Part shown: positions 45,642 through 55,077 of the stretch, piece by piece
Layout of the letters: each line of letters opens with the position of its first letter
Numbering within the stretch: position 1 is the stretch's first letter
IMG/VR virus record: IMGVR_UViG_3300025018_000098
Location: 64,001-128,000 of that record
Length of the DNA stretch: 64,000 nt
Strand: one strand, 5' to 3'
Origin: a virus
Notes under the pieces: model-generated
Told to the model about the DNA's origin: nothing
Database searches by the model: none
The model's input: the letters and a program-made list of their open reading frames with translations, nothing else
Position numbers and translations under genes: made by a program

Positions 45642-46030
45642 CGAGACACCTCCTCTGGGGTCACAGGACCCCAATCATCTGAGAGCATGTCCGTCTGACT
45701 GGCGAGCCACCCGAGGACCTTCTTCCCATCTGCAGTGTGCATCATAAGGGTAGGTAGGATGGTGCTGTCCGCCAGCTGCGCCATGAGCGAGTCCATGAGC
45801 TGATCCTTCACGCCTGCATCGTGCCACCCCTTAGCGTAGCCTTGGAGCGCCTCAGTCAGGACCTTTCCGGGCACGACCCGGACCCACATCTTTTTGCCGT
45901 TCCAGCCCTTCCTGGCGATGCAGCTTCCTGTGTGCCGTGTGTAGCTGAGGGCCTTGCTAAAGCTCCAGTTGAACTCTGGAGTGACGACGGCTGTGGTCTC
46001 GCCGGTCAGCATGTGGTCGACCTCACTCAT
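45638..46030 (-). CDS. DUF2829 / Tad2-like anti-defence sponge protein
   Basis: FSKAL...IARKGWNGKKMWV...GWLASQTDMLSDDW is the DUF2829 signature. Confidence 0.8.
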   Translation of the reverse strand: MSEVDHMLTGETTAVVTPEFNWSFSKALSYTRHTGSCIARKGWNGKKMWVRVVPGKVLTEALQGYAKGWHDAGVKDQLMDSLMAQLADSTILPTLMMHTADGKKVLGWLASQTDMLSDDWGPVTPEEVSR

Positions 46031-46409
46031 CGGAGGCACCTTCATCCAACGAGAAGTCCTCGAGGGCGTTGGCCACACTAGCCTCGTCGGCCACCGCTGC
46101 AGCTGCGCCGTTGTCCAGCTTCTCCAGGTGCGCCAGGACCTGTTCCAGCATCTTCTCCGGCAACGAGCGGAGCTGGGTGCTCATCTGCTTCTCATCGGCC
46201 AAGAGGAAGATACCTGGGCGGCCGTCCGGAGTCTTCCCGAAGCGGTTGACGAGGCACATGGACTCCTTGCCCTCGCTGTTGGTGTACCGGATCGCGTACT
46301 GCTGGCACTCAGTGATGCTGAGGACCTTGTTCTTCTGCGAGTGGTACTTTGCCTTGGGCGTCTCGTAGCTCTGAATCGTTCCGTTTCCCATTGTGTCTCC
46401 TATGGCCAC
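46023..46409 (-). CDS. Hypothetical protein
   Basis: ORF within the operon (start may be the second Met). Confidence 0.55.
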   Translation of the reverse strand: MAIGDTMGNGTIQSYETPKAKYHSQKNKVLSITECQQYAIRYTNSEGKESMCLVNRFGKTPDGRPGIFLLADEKQMSTQLRSLPEKMLEQVLAHLEKLDNGAAAAVADEASVANALEDFSLDEGASDE

Positions 46410-46672
46410 TGGCCGATTAGAAAGTCAGCTGCGCCCTTGCGTCCGTCACGGATCGCTTGGACTTGTCGGGGGTAGAGGACCACCTCCGACTTGGGTGTGT
46501 AATCACCGTTGATGTACACGCCCACACGATTGTCGCTGTGCCTGGCGATGTGTGTGCACAGCAGGGTCAGCATCTGTTCCCGAGTCAGTACGACATCGGA
46601 GGGTTCAGCCTCCGCATCGTAGACTCCCGCCAGGTAGCCGTTCTCTTTGATCTCGAGGTACAGGTACAGCAT
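46400..46672 (-). CDS. Hypothetical protein
   Basis: ORF within the operon. Confidence 0.55.
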   Translation of the reverse strand: MLYLYLEIKENGYLAGVYDAEAEPSDVVLTREQMLTLLCTHIARHSDNRVGVYINGDYTPKSEVVLYPRQVQAIRDGRKGAADFLIGQWP

Positions 46673-46674
46673 GC

Positions 46675-47529
46675 CTAACCCTGTGCGAAGCCCTCGTCAT
46701 CGAGGCCGGGGAGGGTGGGTGCCCGCTTCTGCGGGATCTGTGAGGGGTCTGGGGCGCCAGCCTCATCTACTTGGTGTGGGGCCAAGGTACGGATGGGCAC
46801 CTGCTGGGCGCGCTCACGCAGCTTGGCGATGACGTCTCGAGGCACAGGCCGGTTACCGAGGGTCTCCTTGATGTTGGCCTTCCGCTGCTGGGTTGCTGTG
46901 GGCACCTTGGGGCGTTCCGGCGACTTAGGGTTCAGGATGTCCTCGAGGTCCGGGCCCTCGCTGTCTTCGAGGTCGTCTGAGCTCCCCTCGTGCTCCTCCA
47001 CACTGCTGTAGAAGGCGTCGATGTCGCTCTGGGTCGCTCGAGCAGTGTCTTCAAAGAGACCCTCAGGTACGTCGACTGGGCTCTGGATGACGTCTTCGAA
47101 CTGGGGCGGTACGAAGACCTTGCCCACATCAGGACGAGCCGCCTCTCGCTGGGCGATGATGGTCTGCAGCGTCTCAGCCACCTCGGAGATATCGTCACCA
47201 TCTTGAAGGGCGGCCTCGATGGTGCTCCACTCGACGTCCGCCTGTGTCCCGAGCTGCCGCAGGTAACGCTCCTGGTCCGGCAGCGGGGCTCCAATGCGGC
47301 CCACTGGGGGCGCTTCGGGTTCAACCCACCCAACTGTGTGTGGGACAGACACAAGATGCGACTGGGCCGCCTTCCGCTTGGCGTCGATGATGACCTTCTG
47401 CACCTCTGACTCAGTGGTGGGTACGCGGATCTCACGACCCCCTACTTCGAACACCAGGAAGAAGCTGTCCTGTTGGGTATCGAGCACATAGTTCTGCTCG
47501 ACTCGCTTGATGTCTACTACGATCTTCAT
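46675..47529 (-). CDS. Hypothetical protein with an acidic, disordered C-terminus
   Basis: ATGA coupling at 47529 (MKIVVDIK...). Confidence 0.6.
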   Translation of the reverse strand: MKIVVDIKRVEQNYVLDTQQDSFFLVFEVGGREIRVPTTESEVQKVIIDAKRKAAQSHLVSVPHTVGWVEPEAPPVGRIGAPLPDQERYLRQLGTQADVEWSTIEAALQDGDDISEVAETLQTIIAQREAARPDVGKVFVPPQFEDVIQSPVDVPEGLFEDTARATQSDIDAFYSSVEEHEGSSDDLEDSEGPDLEDILNPKSPERPKVPTATQQRKANIKETLGNRPVPRDVIAKLRERAQQVPIRTLAPHQVDEAGAPDPSQIPQKRAPTLPGLDDEGFAQG

Positions 47530-47879
47530 CTTGGGCCTCGTGGGTCTGGTGGTTGTACCGAAGCCGCCTGAGAGCGTGCTTGGTCTTGTTGTTTCTTGGA
47601 TGCCCGGGCGTCGTCCTTCTTGCGCAACTGCACGAACTCGAGAGCGGCGTCTGCGATGGTCGCCACAGCCGAAAGCATCAAACATCTGTCTGCTCCTGCG
47701 GCCATGGGGATGAGGCGGTTGTACGCCAGGCAATCAGGGGCACAGATGCGGTTGGCGTTGTGCCAACACACCTCCCCATTCTTGGCCTCCCGCTCCGAGG
47801 GCTCTTCCTCGTGGATGTAGGGTCGGTTGAGGTCTGCTTGGAGCTCCTCGAGCTCTTGGTCGCGGGTGTCAGTCGACAT
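47526..47879 (-). CDS. Cys-containing hypothetical protein
   Basis: CW..RIC.PDCLAY...CLML. Confidence 0.55.
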   Translation of the reverse strand: MSTDTRDQELEELQADLNRPYIHEEEPSEREAKNGEVCWHNANRICAPDCLAYNRLIPMAAGADRCLMLSAVATIADAALEFVQLRKKDDARASKKQQDQARSQAASVQPPDPRGPR

Positions 47880-48495
47880 CGGGCGGTACTCCTAGAACCG
47901 AGGCTCCGGCAAAGTGCTCAACCACTGGGGCGTCCTTCGGAACCAGCCAGGGCCACGTCAGCTTGTTGGCTGTGCCCTCCCAGTCGCACGATCGGCAGGC
48001 CGCACGGTTCTGGGGGGACTGGAGAGGCTCCGCATTGCGGGTGAGATTGATCGTGGTCTTGTGGCACTTGGGGCACTTGGGCTTCTGGTCCTCCTCGAGC
48101 TCCGCTACCTGCTTCTTGAGGTACACGTCGTGTGCCGCCGTGAACGCCGTCTCGACTACCGCGGCGACGACATGAGACATGATGTAGTCCTTGCCTTCCT
48201 GGTCGTCGTCCTCGACAAGGCCGATGAACTTGAACGCCTGCATCAGGGGTCCGGATAGCTGGGCCGTCACGAGGCGCAGAAGCACCTTTGAGATCCTCTC
48301 GATGTCCCAGACAGCCTCGTTCGTGACGGTACCTACAGCGTCCGAGAGGCTGCCAGACCAGCTGCAGTTGGGGCACCTCGTGTCGATGTTCTTGAGCTTG
48401 TCCCCGGCAGCATCGAGGAGCGTCACGGCGCCCTGCTTGATGACGAGGTCGATCGACCCACAGTCCGGGCACATATACTTGGCGGTGGTGGTCAT
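47869..48495 (-). CDS. Double Zn-ribbon protein
   Basis: CPDC/CPNC and CPKC/CRSC. Confidence 0.65.
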   Translation of the reverse strand: MTTTAKYMCPDCGSIDLVIKQGAVTLLDAAGDKLKNIDTRCPNCSWSGSLSDAVGTVTNEAVWDIERISKVLLRLVTAQLSGPLMQAFKFIGLVEDDDQEGKDYIMSHVVAAVVETAFTAAHDVYLKKQVAELEEDQKPKCPKCHKTTINLTRNAEPLQSPQNRAACRSCDWEGTANKLTWPWLVPKDAPVVEHFAGASVLGVPPDVD

Positions 48496-48497
48496 AT

Positions 48498-48887
48498 CTA
48501 CTTCTTCACGAGCCGGAGCTTGCGCTGTGTTGAGGCGAAGTTCCTGGCTTGATGGTTGATGTTGTCTATGAGGGAGAGGTTGTCCTCGACCTTGATCTCA
48601 CGGAGGATGCACACCTCTCCGTACGCTCGAGCCAGGGCAAAAGGGTGAGTACCTTTGCGGTGAGCGCCTTTGCCATTCCGCACGAAGTACTCCTGTGTGG
48701 GGTCTTCCATGTAGATCGAGGGCAGGTAGGCCGTCTGCATCGTCACGATGACGTCCACGTACCCAGACGTGGCACAGGCGACCACAACATTGTCCACGGG
48801 CCAACCATTGAGGAAGGTGATGTAGAGCTCCTCGAGGGGATCATCAGAGATGGTCCTGTAGTCGAGGTAGTCGAGGTCAGTGTCCAT
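48498..48887 (-). CDS. Hypothetical protein ending RKLRLVKK
   Basis: ORF within the operon. Confidence 0.55.
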   Translation of the reverse strand: MDTDLDYLDYRTISDDPLEELYITFLNGWPVDNVVVACATSGYVDVIVTMQTAYLPSIYMEDPTQEYFVRNGKGAHRKGTHPFALARAYGEVCILREIKVEDNLSLIDNINHQARNFASTQRKLRLVKK

Positions 48888-49563
48888 AGTTGAACCCGAA
48901 GATGTACTTCTCGCCATCGATAGTGATCACCTCATCGTAGGAACCGCAGCAACCCCCGTCCCGAGCGCGTCGCCACTCCTTCATCTGGAAGCCGTTGGAC
49001 ATCTTCGCCCAGCGCTCGTTGTCTACGAAGTCCCTGTCTTTCGTGGCAGCCTTGAGTGCATCCCCAAGAGGGCCATGCACAGCGGGGTCCAGGTAGTCGT
49101 GACGGATGCACCACATCTTGAACGGCGGGGACTTCACGGTTGCCTCGTACCGGAAGATCTTTCGATACCACCGGATCCAGGCTACGGGGTCGAAGCGTGC
49201 CTCCCCCTCCAGAGGCTTCATCCCAAAGGACGTGTTGTACTTGCGAATGCATCCGAGGTACGCGTCCAGCTCCCTGAGATCTGGCGTCCAGTAGTCCCGG
49301 GTCCTTAGCCCGGACAGGCCCCGGGCCCGGCACTCCTCCCAGTGCTTGTACGTCTCGCAGATGTACGTCTCGCTCTCTACCCGCTTGTAGATGTCCTTCC
49401 AGACCAACGGGTCCTTGCTGTCCCACGGGATCTGGTTCTTCTTGAGCCAGTCCACTAGAGTTGACCGAGTACGGATGTACTCCTGCGCCTCTTCCGGACC
49501 ATCCGCTTGGAAGTAGTGGATGACCCGGGGCTCACTTGGGTGGTTGATACAGTACTGAGGCAT
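48877..49563 (-). CDS. Hypothetical phage protein with a C-terminal GCCGS...GFNYGH motif
   Basis: Likely start MPQYCINHP at 49563. Confidence 0.55.
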   Translation of the reverse strand: MPQYCINHPSEPRVIHYFQADGPEEAQEYIRTRSTLVDWLKKNQIPWDSKDPLVWKDIYKRVESETYICETYKHWEECRARGLSGLRTRDYWTPDLRELDAYLGCIRKYNTSFGMKPLEGEARFDPVAWIRWYRKIFRYEATVKSPPFKMWCIRHDYLDPAVHGPLGDALKAATKDRDFVDNERWAKMSNGFQMKEWRRARDGGCCGSYDEVITIDGEKYIFGFNYGH

Positions 49564-50904
49564 TGGGCGGGGTGTCTGCTTGTCGGAAGGTTCGAAGACT
49601 GCTTGGGATGGCTCGAGCACGCTGGCGTCGAGCTTGGTAGGCATCAGCTTGCTGCTTGTAGACCTTGCCGAGACTGATCTTGGCGACCGACTTGACGAAG
49701 TCCTTGAGAGCTTCCTGCTGATCCTGGTCTCCCCGCTTCGCCGCCTGAGCGAGGAACGGGAACATGCGGCTGCAGTACATCTCGAATGCCTCGATGGCGG
49801 GCTTCTGCTCCTCTTTGGAGAGGGAGGCTTGTACGAGAGCACGAGTGGCCAATAGCTGCTCTTCCTGACGCTGCAGGTAGATCAACACGAAGACTGACTC
49901 CAGAAGGGTCCCCCTTGGAGGGACACCAACATACTTGTCGTAGAGCATGTTGGCATAAGCCCATCCTCCTGGAGTCTTCAGCCATTTTTTATGTCGTCCA
50001 GGACGAAGAGCTTGTTCACACGCAGGTTGAACCAGTACGAGTGTGTCATCAGCGTGTGGACAAGGGCCGGGGGATAGCGCCGCACGAGCTCGTACTTGCG
50101 CATGAACTGGTCCTCGTGGAAGACCATTTGGCTGGCTGTGCCAGTCACGTGGGCCGGGAGCCTGGAGCCGTTGAGCTGCACGAGTGAGGCGACGCAGAGC
50201 ATGAGGCTGAACCGCTCAGACGTCAGCCCAATCAGTCGCTTGTCGTCGAGCTCCATCTGGAAGATGATCTTGCGGATCTCTTCGTTCTCCATGGGCGAGA
50301 CAGAGCGGAACTTGACGGTCAGCACGTCCTTCTTGATGGGGACCACCTGAGAGAACTCGCCCGTGGCCAGCCCCTCGCCCAGGTCCAGCGGCGTGACGAG
50401 CTTGTCGATGAGCTTCTGCTGCTCGGGGTTGTTGATGAGGTCCTTGTTGCTCCGTCGCAGCATCTGCTCGAGCTCGAGGTCGTCCATCTGCTCCATGATG
50501 GCAGCCATCTTGTTCGGCGACGCCCCCGTAGGGGTCTCATTCTGCGGCGGAACGGCGGTCGGCTGCTGGGTACCAACCTCCTGCTGCAGCGCAGCAAGGC
50601 CTGCCAGCGTCCCCTGGCTCAGAACCCGCTTCGTAGGGTCTGCGGCCTCGCCCCCGATGCCATCAACGGCCTTCTGCTGCATCGCCAACGAGCCCAGGGT
50701 CGTGTTGCCGTCTCGAGCCACCTCATGTTGGGCCGCGGCCCGGTTGAGATCTGGGATGGGTTGCTGCGCCCGGCGAGCCTCCTCAGCCTGGCGGGCACGT
50801 TCAGCTACATCCTGCTTGTACTGAGCTGCAGCTGGATTCTCGACGCCCTTCGGCTGGGGAGGAAACCCTACCGTCACAGGGCCACTACGCTTGGAGTCGG
50901 TCAT
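49532..50904 (-). CDS. Tail assembly chaperone pair (gpG/gpGT-like) joined by a programmed -1 frameshift
   Basis: The 308-aa ORF ends ATA AAA AAT GGC TGA. The -1 frame from the A AAA AAT heptamer (49990-49984) reads KWLKTPGGWAYAN into MLYDKY... (49948-49532). Confidence 0.7.
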
Positions 50905-50924
50905 GCGTAGTGTTTACAGAACGT

Positions 50925-51329
50925 CTACAGCTTTGTCAACGCATCTCTCGCATCAGCTAGGATTGCGCCCACATATGCAGGCTCCAGGGCCTTTTCCAGC
51001 AGGAAAACAGCACTCTCACAGACCGGCCGACTGTCGTTCCAGAGGCGGAAGGCCCCACCGAGGGCTGTGAACGCCTCGAGGTCGATGCTCTCAGACGACA
51101 TGCAGCATCCTTCGTACAGCGAGGGAGTGTCTCGAGAGCTCATTTGGCGCAGAACGACCTGTTGGCCGAGATTCAGGGCCTTGCAGACCACAATCCGCCC
51201 GTACAGCTCACTCTCGGCGACGCCCCAGCGGCTGCTCCAGGCCCAGAGGTCCCCAGCTGGGCCCCATATGCTCAGAGAGCCCGCTCGGGGCTCCAAATGG
51301 GCTCTGGAGGGAACTGTGACACTAGCCAT
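50925..51329 (-). CDS. Hypothetical protein
   Basis: ORF within the operon. Confidence 0.55.
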   Translation of the reverse strand: MASVTVPSRAHLEPRAGSLSIWGPAGDLWAWSSRWGVAESELYGRIVVCKALNLGQQVVLRQMSSRDTPSLYEGCCMSSESIDLEAFTALGGAFRLWNDSRPVCESAVFLLEKALEPAYVGAILADARDALTKL

Positions 51330-51609
51330 CGATGACCTCTCGGTGGTCTGCTCGGAACTTGGGCAGGATATCGGGCTTCGAGGGCGTCTTTTTCCGCGGC
51401 TCGAAGCCGCTGCCGCCCCGGAGAAGGCCCTGCTTGAGGATGTGGTGCTGCAGCCAGTTCATGGAGGCGACTTTGGCCTTGGCCAGCTCCTGATTGATCT
51501 CGGCCTCGGCCTTCTCCGCCATCACACCGCAGCTGGGACACAAGAAGAGGCCCACAATCTGGGTCATGGTCGTGGCCGGGACGTCCTTGGTGCAGCTGAG
51601 GCACCTCAC
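51322..51609 (-). CDS. Small Zn-finger protein
   Basis: CLSC and CPSC pairs. Confidence 0.55.
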   Translation of the reverse strand: MRCLSCTKDVPATTMTQIVGLFLCPSCGVMAEKAEAEINQELAKAKVASMNWLQHHILKQGLLRGGSGFEPRKKTPSKPDILPKFRADHREVIDG

Positions 51610-51839
51610 TTGTTGTACCGGAACTCGACGGTCAGCGCTCCCATCCCTGTGGGGACGTGCGTGCTCGTGGTGAAGGGATCAGCCTCGCTCGTCCTCTGGA
51701 AGCCCCGAGTCTGAGAGACATTGATGGGGTCAGCATGTCCTCCCTCGATGGCGTCCGCCAGATTGCGGAGCAAGGTCACCGACAACTCGCGTGCCCGGGC
51801 ATCTACTACGTGTTCTGCGTTCTTACTTGGCTTAGACAT
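51606..51839 (-). CDS. Hypothetical protein
   Basis: AGGAG SD before MSKPSK... Confidence 0.55.
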   Translation of the reverse strand: MSKPSKNAEHVVDARARELSVTLLRNLADAIEGGHADPINVSQTRGFQRTSEADPFTTSTHVPTGMGALTVEFRYNK

Positions 51840-51854
51840 ATCAACTCCTATGGC

Positions 51855-51966
51855 AAAAAAGACCAGGCACTGTGAGAGGTTGTTTGAGGGAACAAACTGC
51901 TGAAGGGTGCACCTCTCATAGTGCCTGGGCCCGGGCCACATCGACCCATCCACGAACCAAGGTTCG
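51855..51966 (-). ncRNA. Candidate structured RNA / long terminator-attenuator element
   Basis: An 18-bp stem (51863-51880 with 51911-51928, one mismatch) encloses a GTTTG/CAAAC hairpin and is followed by T6 on the minus strand. An extra CGAACC/GGTTCG inverted repeat lies at 51953-51966. Confidence 0.4.
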
Positions 51967-51982
51967 CACCGAAGACAGAGTG

Positions 51983-52453
51983 TTACCCGAGACGAGTACC
52001 GCTGTCCACAAAATCCAGTAGACGATCTTTGGCCACCTCCCACGGAACTACATAGGAGGTGGCTGCGAAGAGCCCGGCCTGGTCGAAGTAGTTGAACCCT
52101 GCCTCGTCGAGAAGCTCACGCAGCACAACTGTCTGCTCGTTCGCTGGGTAGTCGTGTGGCTGGTACCCGGCGTAGACCATCCCGAGCCAGGTGTTGAAGC
52201 TGTACCTCATCTCGTCCTCGACCTCGAGGCAGTGGGTGTACCCCGCCAGCGTCCGCATGGGGACGGCGATGCCGTTGCCGTCTCGAGAGCCGAACTCGGA
52301 GCACTCGGTATCTATGATCTCGATGACGTCGATGACCAGCGACATCTGCCGGCTGCCCATGGTGGCCTGCACACCGTCTTGGAACTCTTGTCTCTCCAGC
52401 ATGTACCTGTTGGGCTTGAACAGAGACGCCTGTTTACGTTTACGTAGCTGCAT
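51983..52453 (-). CDS. Hypothetical protein
   Basis: First gene after a class E motif. Confidence 0.6.
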   Translation of the reverse strand: MQLRKRKQASLFKPNRYMLERQEFQDGVQATMGSRQMSLVIDVIEIIDTECSEFGSRDGNGIAVPMRTLAGYTHCLEVEDEMRYSFNTWLGMVYAGYQPHDYPANEQTVVLRELLDEAGFNYFDQAGLFAATSYVVPWEVAKDRLLDFVDSGTRLG

Positions 52454-52461
52454 GGTGTTCT

Positions 52462-52481
52462 CCTTCTACCTTGCTTATAGG
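52462..52481 (-). promoter_or_regulatory. Class E motif CCTATAAGCAAGGTAGAAGG
   Basis: Directly after a terminator and before ATG 52453. Confidence 0.75.
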
Positions 52482-52484
52482 CGG

Positions 52485-52514
52485 AAAGAGAAAGAACTCC
52501 CACCGAAGTGGGAG
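52485..52514 (-). terminator. Intrinsic terminator with a C(UUCG)G loop
   Basis: CTCCCAC-TTCG-GTGGGAG-TTCTTTCTCTTT. Confidence 0.8.
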
Positions 52515-52524
52515 CCTCTCGTCG

Positions 52525-52818
52525 CTAGCCTCGCTTCTGCGGGCTCAACAGCTCCCGCAGCGCTACCAAGGCCTGGGGCATAAGGGGCATTGAACCGACA
52601 ACACCATCCCTGCCGATGTAAATCGCCCCATCATCCTCGTCCATCTCGAGCTCGAGGTCTCCCAGCGTGGCTGCGAGGGGGCCAGACAGCGTGAGGTACT
52701 CATATGTGGCGTCCAACCACTTGGCCTCCTCCGGCGTCAGCACCAGCAGCTCACCATACTTGTAGACGGTGGCCTTCTCGAACGTGATGCCTTCTGCCTT
52801 GTTTTTCTTCTCGGTCAT
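52525..52818 (-). CDS. Hypothetical protein
   Basis: Shares LT.EEA.W...GDLEL.M.ED with the adjacent gene, so possibly a tandem paralog. Confidence 0.55.
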   Translation of the reverse strand: MTEKKNKAEGITFEKATVYKYGELLVLTPEEAKWLDATYEYLTLSGPLAATLGDLELEMDEDDGAIYIGRDGVVGSMPLMPQALVALRELLSPQKRG

Positions 52819-53147
52819 TCTTTCAGTCTCACTTCCAGGTTGTTGATGTGGCTCAGTTGTAGGTGGATCTCACTGCCGCGGCTCTTCCGCTCGAGGCTTA
52901 CTCGCTCCCCGTCCTCGAACATGCAGAGTTCGAGGTCTCCAACACAGATGATCTCGTACACAGCGACGGCACGCATGAGGCGAACTGTGGCCACCACCCA
53001 GACGGCCTCTTCTTCTGTGAGACAGAACTCCCGGATGCGGTACTCCATACATGCAACCTTAGTGAAGACATGCCCGAGAGGTACTAGCCGCTCGTCGATG
53101 GCTTCCGCTACTTCCCGCGCCTCTGCCTCCTCTGTGTCATAGCTCAT
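52815..53147 (-). CDS. Hypothetical protein
   Basis: LTEEEAVW...GDLELCMFED. Confidence 0.55.
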   Translation of the reverse strand: MSYDTEEAEAREVAEAIDERLVPLGHVFTKVACMEYRIREFCLTEEEAVWVVATVRLMRAVAVYEIICVGDLELCMFEDGERVSLERKSRGSEIHLQLSHINNLEVRLKE

Positions 53148-53380
53148 GGTTCCCTGCTTTCATGTGCGCGATGCGCTTCTGCATGACCGTCACCTTGCGG
53201 TAGCGGTCGGTGAAGGACTTGTGCTTGCGCAGGACGGTTGTGTCCCCCGCCGCGGAGCACGGTGTCGAACAGGACACCCAAGGTGTGGACCTGCTCTTCG
53301 GTAAAGGATTGGGACGCATGGGGCTTCTTGTTCTTGGTGCCCCATTTGTTCTCAGGCTTCGTATCTGTTGTGTCGTCCAT
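53137..53380 (-). CDS. Hypothetical protein with an apparent +1 frameshift at a G5 run (53244-53248)
   Basis: Removing one G gives ...VLRGGDTTVLRKHKSFTDRYRK... Confidence 0.45.
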
Positions 53381-53381
53381 G

Positions 53382-53759
53382 TCAGGTTCCAGGTAGTTGG
53401 AGGAGCTCCTCGGGGAGGGTGCATACACTGTGACTCCGCCAGCTGTCACGCTCCCAGAAGAAGTTCACCTTGTCGAAGGGTGAGCCGAGCTTGTACATCG
53501 CCGAGAAGATAATCTCCTTGGCCCGCTCCTGCTCAGCCAAGTAGGCCATCTTCGCCTGGTACACGACGTCGTCTCGGTAGGTACCCAGGAAGTGAGACAC
53601 GCTTCTGCTAGTCCCCACCTGCCCGTAGTTCTGCTGGAGCCCGCTACGCACCACCCGGTGCGTACCGTCGAACTTCTCCCACGCCGTCAGGATGCTCCCG
53701 AAGGTGATGTCCCCGTACCTGAAGGGCTCCCCAAGGATGTAGATGTGGTCAATCTGCAT
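53382..53759 (-). CDS. Hypothetical protein
   Basis: ORF within the operon. Confidence 0.55.
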   Translation of the reverse strand: MQIDHIYILGEPFRYGDITFGSILTAWEKFDGTHRVVRSGLQQNYGQVGTSRSVSHFLGTYRDDVVYQAKMAYLAEQERAKEIIFSAMYKLGSPFDKVNFFWERDSWRSHSVCTLPEELLQLPGT

Positions 53760-54145
53760 CAGGCACCTTGAGAGAGTAGCTCGCAGCCACCGACCGGAGT
53801 TTCCTAGCTAGTGTCTCCCGGCAAGATTTCTCCGTGCGTTCCATATCGGAGCCCATCCAGAGTGCCGCCTTATACCACTCTGCCGCCACACTATCGTGAG
53901 CCTGCTGAAGGCCTCGCAGCAGTCCCGCCTGCTCGGGTATGCCCAATAGGCGTTCAGCGAACCAGGCTGCGTGCTTCTTCTCATAGTTCTCATGGTAATC
54001 CTCATCCGGGATGAACAGCCCAATGGCACACTTGGCTCCATCATCTCCACGGAGACGGCACCACCCCCCACGACGTAACGCTGTACGGGCTCTTCTTCAC
54101 GATGAAGTGATCCCAGACCTTGTCGAACATCTCCTGGGGCGTCAT
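53749..54145 (-). CDS. Paralog family copy 1 (frameshift at G6, 54064-54069)
   Basis: MTPQEMFDKVWDHFIV...[fs]WCRLRGDDGAKCAIGLFIPDEDY...LQQAHD. Confidence 0.6.
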
Positions 54146-54609
54146 CAGCACCACGACCCGGTCAAGATGGTGGGCTCCGTGGTCTGCTCCAGAACCTCCC
54201 GGAACGTGGACAAGCCTCCCTTATCGTTGCGTAGCACGTAGGTGTTGAGTTCTGCTTCTGTGGCTGCTCGGGTGACGGTGTCTTCCCGCAACTCGGGCTC
54301 CGTCACATCCGTGTGGTGTAGCTCCACCGCCTCGCAGGATGTCCTGGCGATGACCCAAGATGACTCATCAGTGCTCGGCTCGCACACAAGCCACAGGGCC
54401 AGGGGTGTGGGCACCTCCTCCAACTCGACCTCGTCGTTGACTAGTTCATCCACCGCCCCGAAGATCTTATGATCCAAGACCTTGAAGTTGCCCTCGAAAG
54501 GGGTCTTCTGCTCTACCAACAGGCTGAACAACGCTTCTTCTAGTGTCTCGGCAGCCACAATCGTGGTGCCTTCTGCGGTGTACATCATCTCAATCTTCCA
54601 CTTCTTCAT
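54145..54609 (-). CDS. Acidic hypothetical protein
   Basis: Coupled ORF. Confidence 0.55.
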   Translation of the reverse strand: MKKWKIEMMYTAEGTTIVAAETLEEALFSLLVEQKTPFEGNFKVLDHKIFGAVDELVNDEVELEEVPTPLALWLVCEPSTDESSWVIARTSCEAVELHHTDVTEPELREDTVTRAATEAELNTYVLRNDKGGLSTFREVLEQTTEPTILTGSWC

Positions 54610-54761
54610 GTCTTCCTCGCTGTCTTGGTTGGCTCGAGGTTGGGCACCCCGTGTTGTGCATACTCGAGAGTGGGAAGCACAACCAAAACGGCCAGCATGA
54701 AGCCAGCCGCCAAGGTGCCCACCACCACCACCATCAAGATGTTGTCGAAGGCCTTAGTCAC
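54606..54761 (-). CDS. Small single-TM membrane protein (51 aa)
   Basis: ILMVVVVGTLAAGFMLAVLVVLP. Its stop overlaps the next ATG. Confidence 0.5.
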   Translation of the reverse strand: MTKAFDNILMVVVVGTLAAGFMLAVLVVLPTLEYAQHGVPNLEPTKTARKT

Positions 54762-55077
54762 AGATGTTGCCTGTCTGGGCATCGATGATGCTCAAGTCCT
54801 TGGGTGGGGCTAGTTCAACAGGCTCCACCGAGTGAGGCAAGGGCAGGTGGACGATCACGAACCGATGCAGGCAAGGCCGCAGTGACTCGAGGTAGTCCGT
54901 CATGTCCTCGTAGGTCTCGAAGTCCTTGTTCCACCAAGGGCCCTTGGGGCGCTCGAGAGGCACCCCCTTGAACCAGTAGTGGAGCCGCCAATGGTTGTTC
55001 ACGTAGTTGCGCATTACAGACGTTCCTTGTTGCAGTTTGGACAGACCCACCCGTAGCGGGTACTTGAGTACTTCCAT
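54754..55077 (-). CDS. Hypothetical protein
   Basis: ORF within the operon (start uncertain). Confidence 0.5.
   Translation of the reverse strand: MEVLKYPLRVGLSKLQQGTSVMRNYVNNHWRLHYWFKGVPLERPKGPWWNKDFETYEDMTDYLESLRPCLHRFVIVHLPLPHSVEPVELAPPKDLSIIDAQTGNICD

Noticed and set aside
51945-51982. GGTTCG suggesting a tRNA T-loop
   Set aside because: No cloverleaf or acceptor stem can be built around it.
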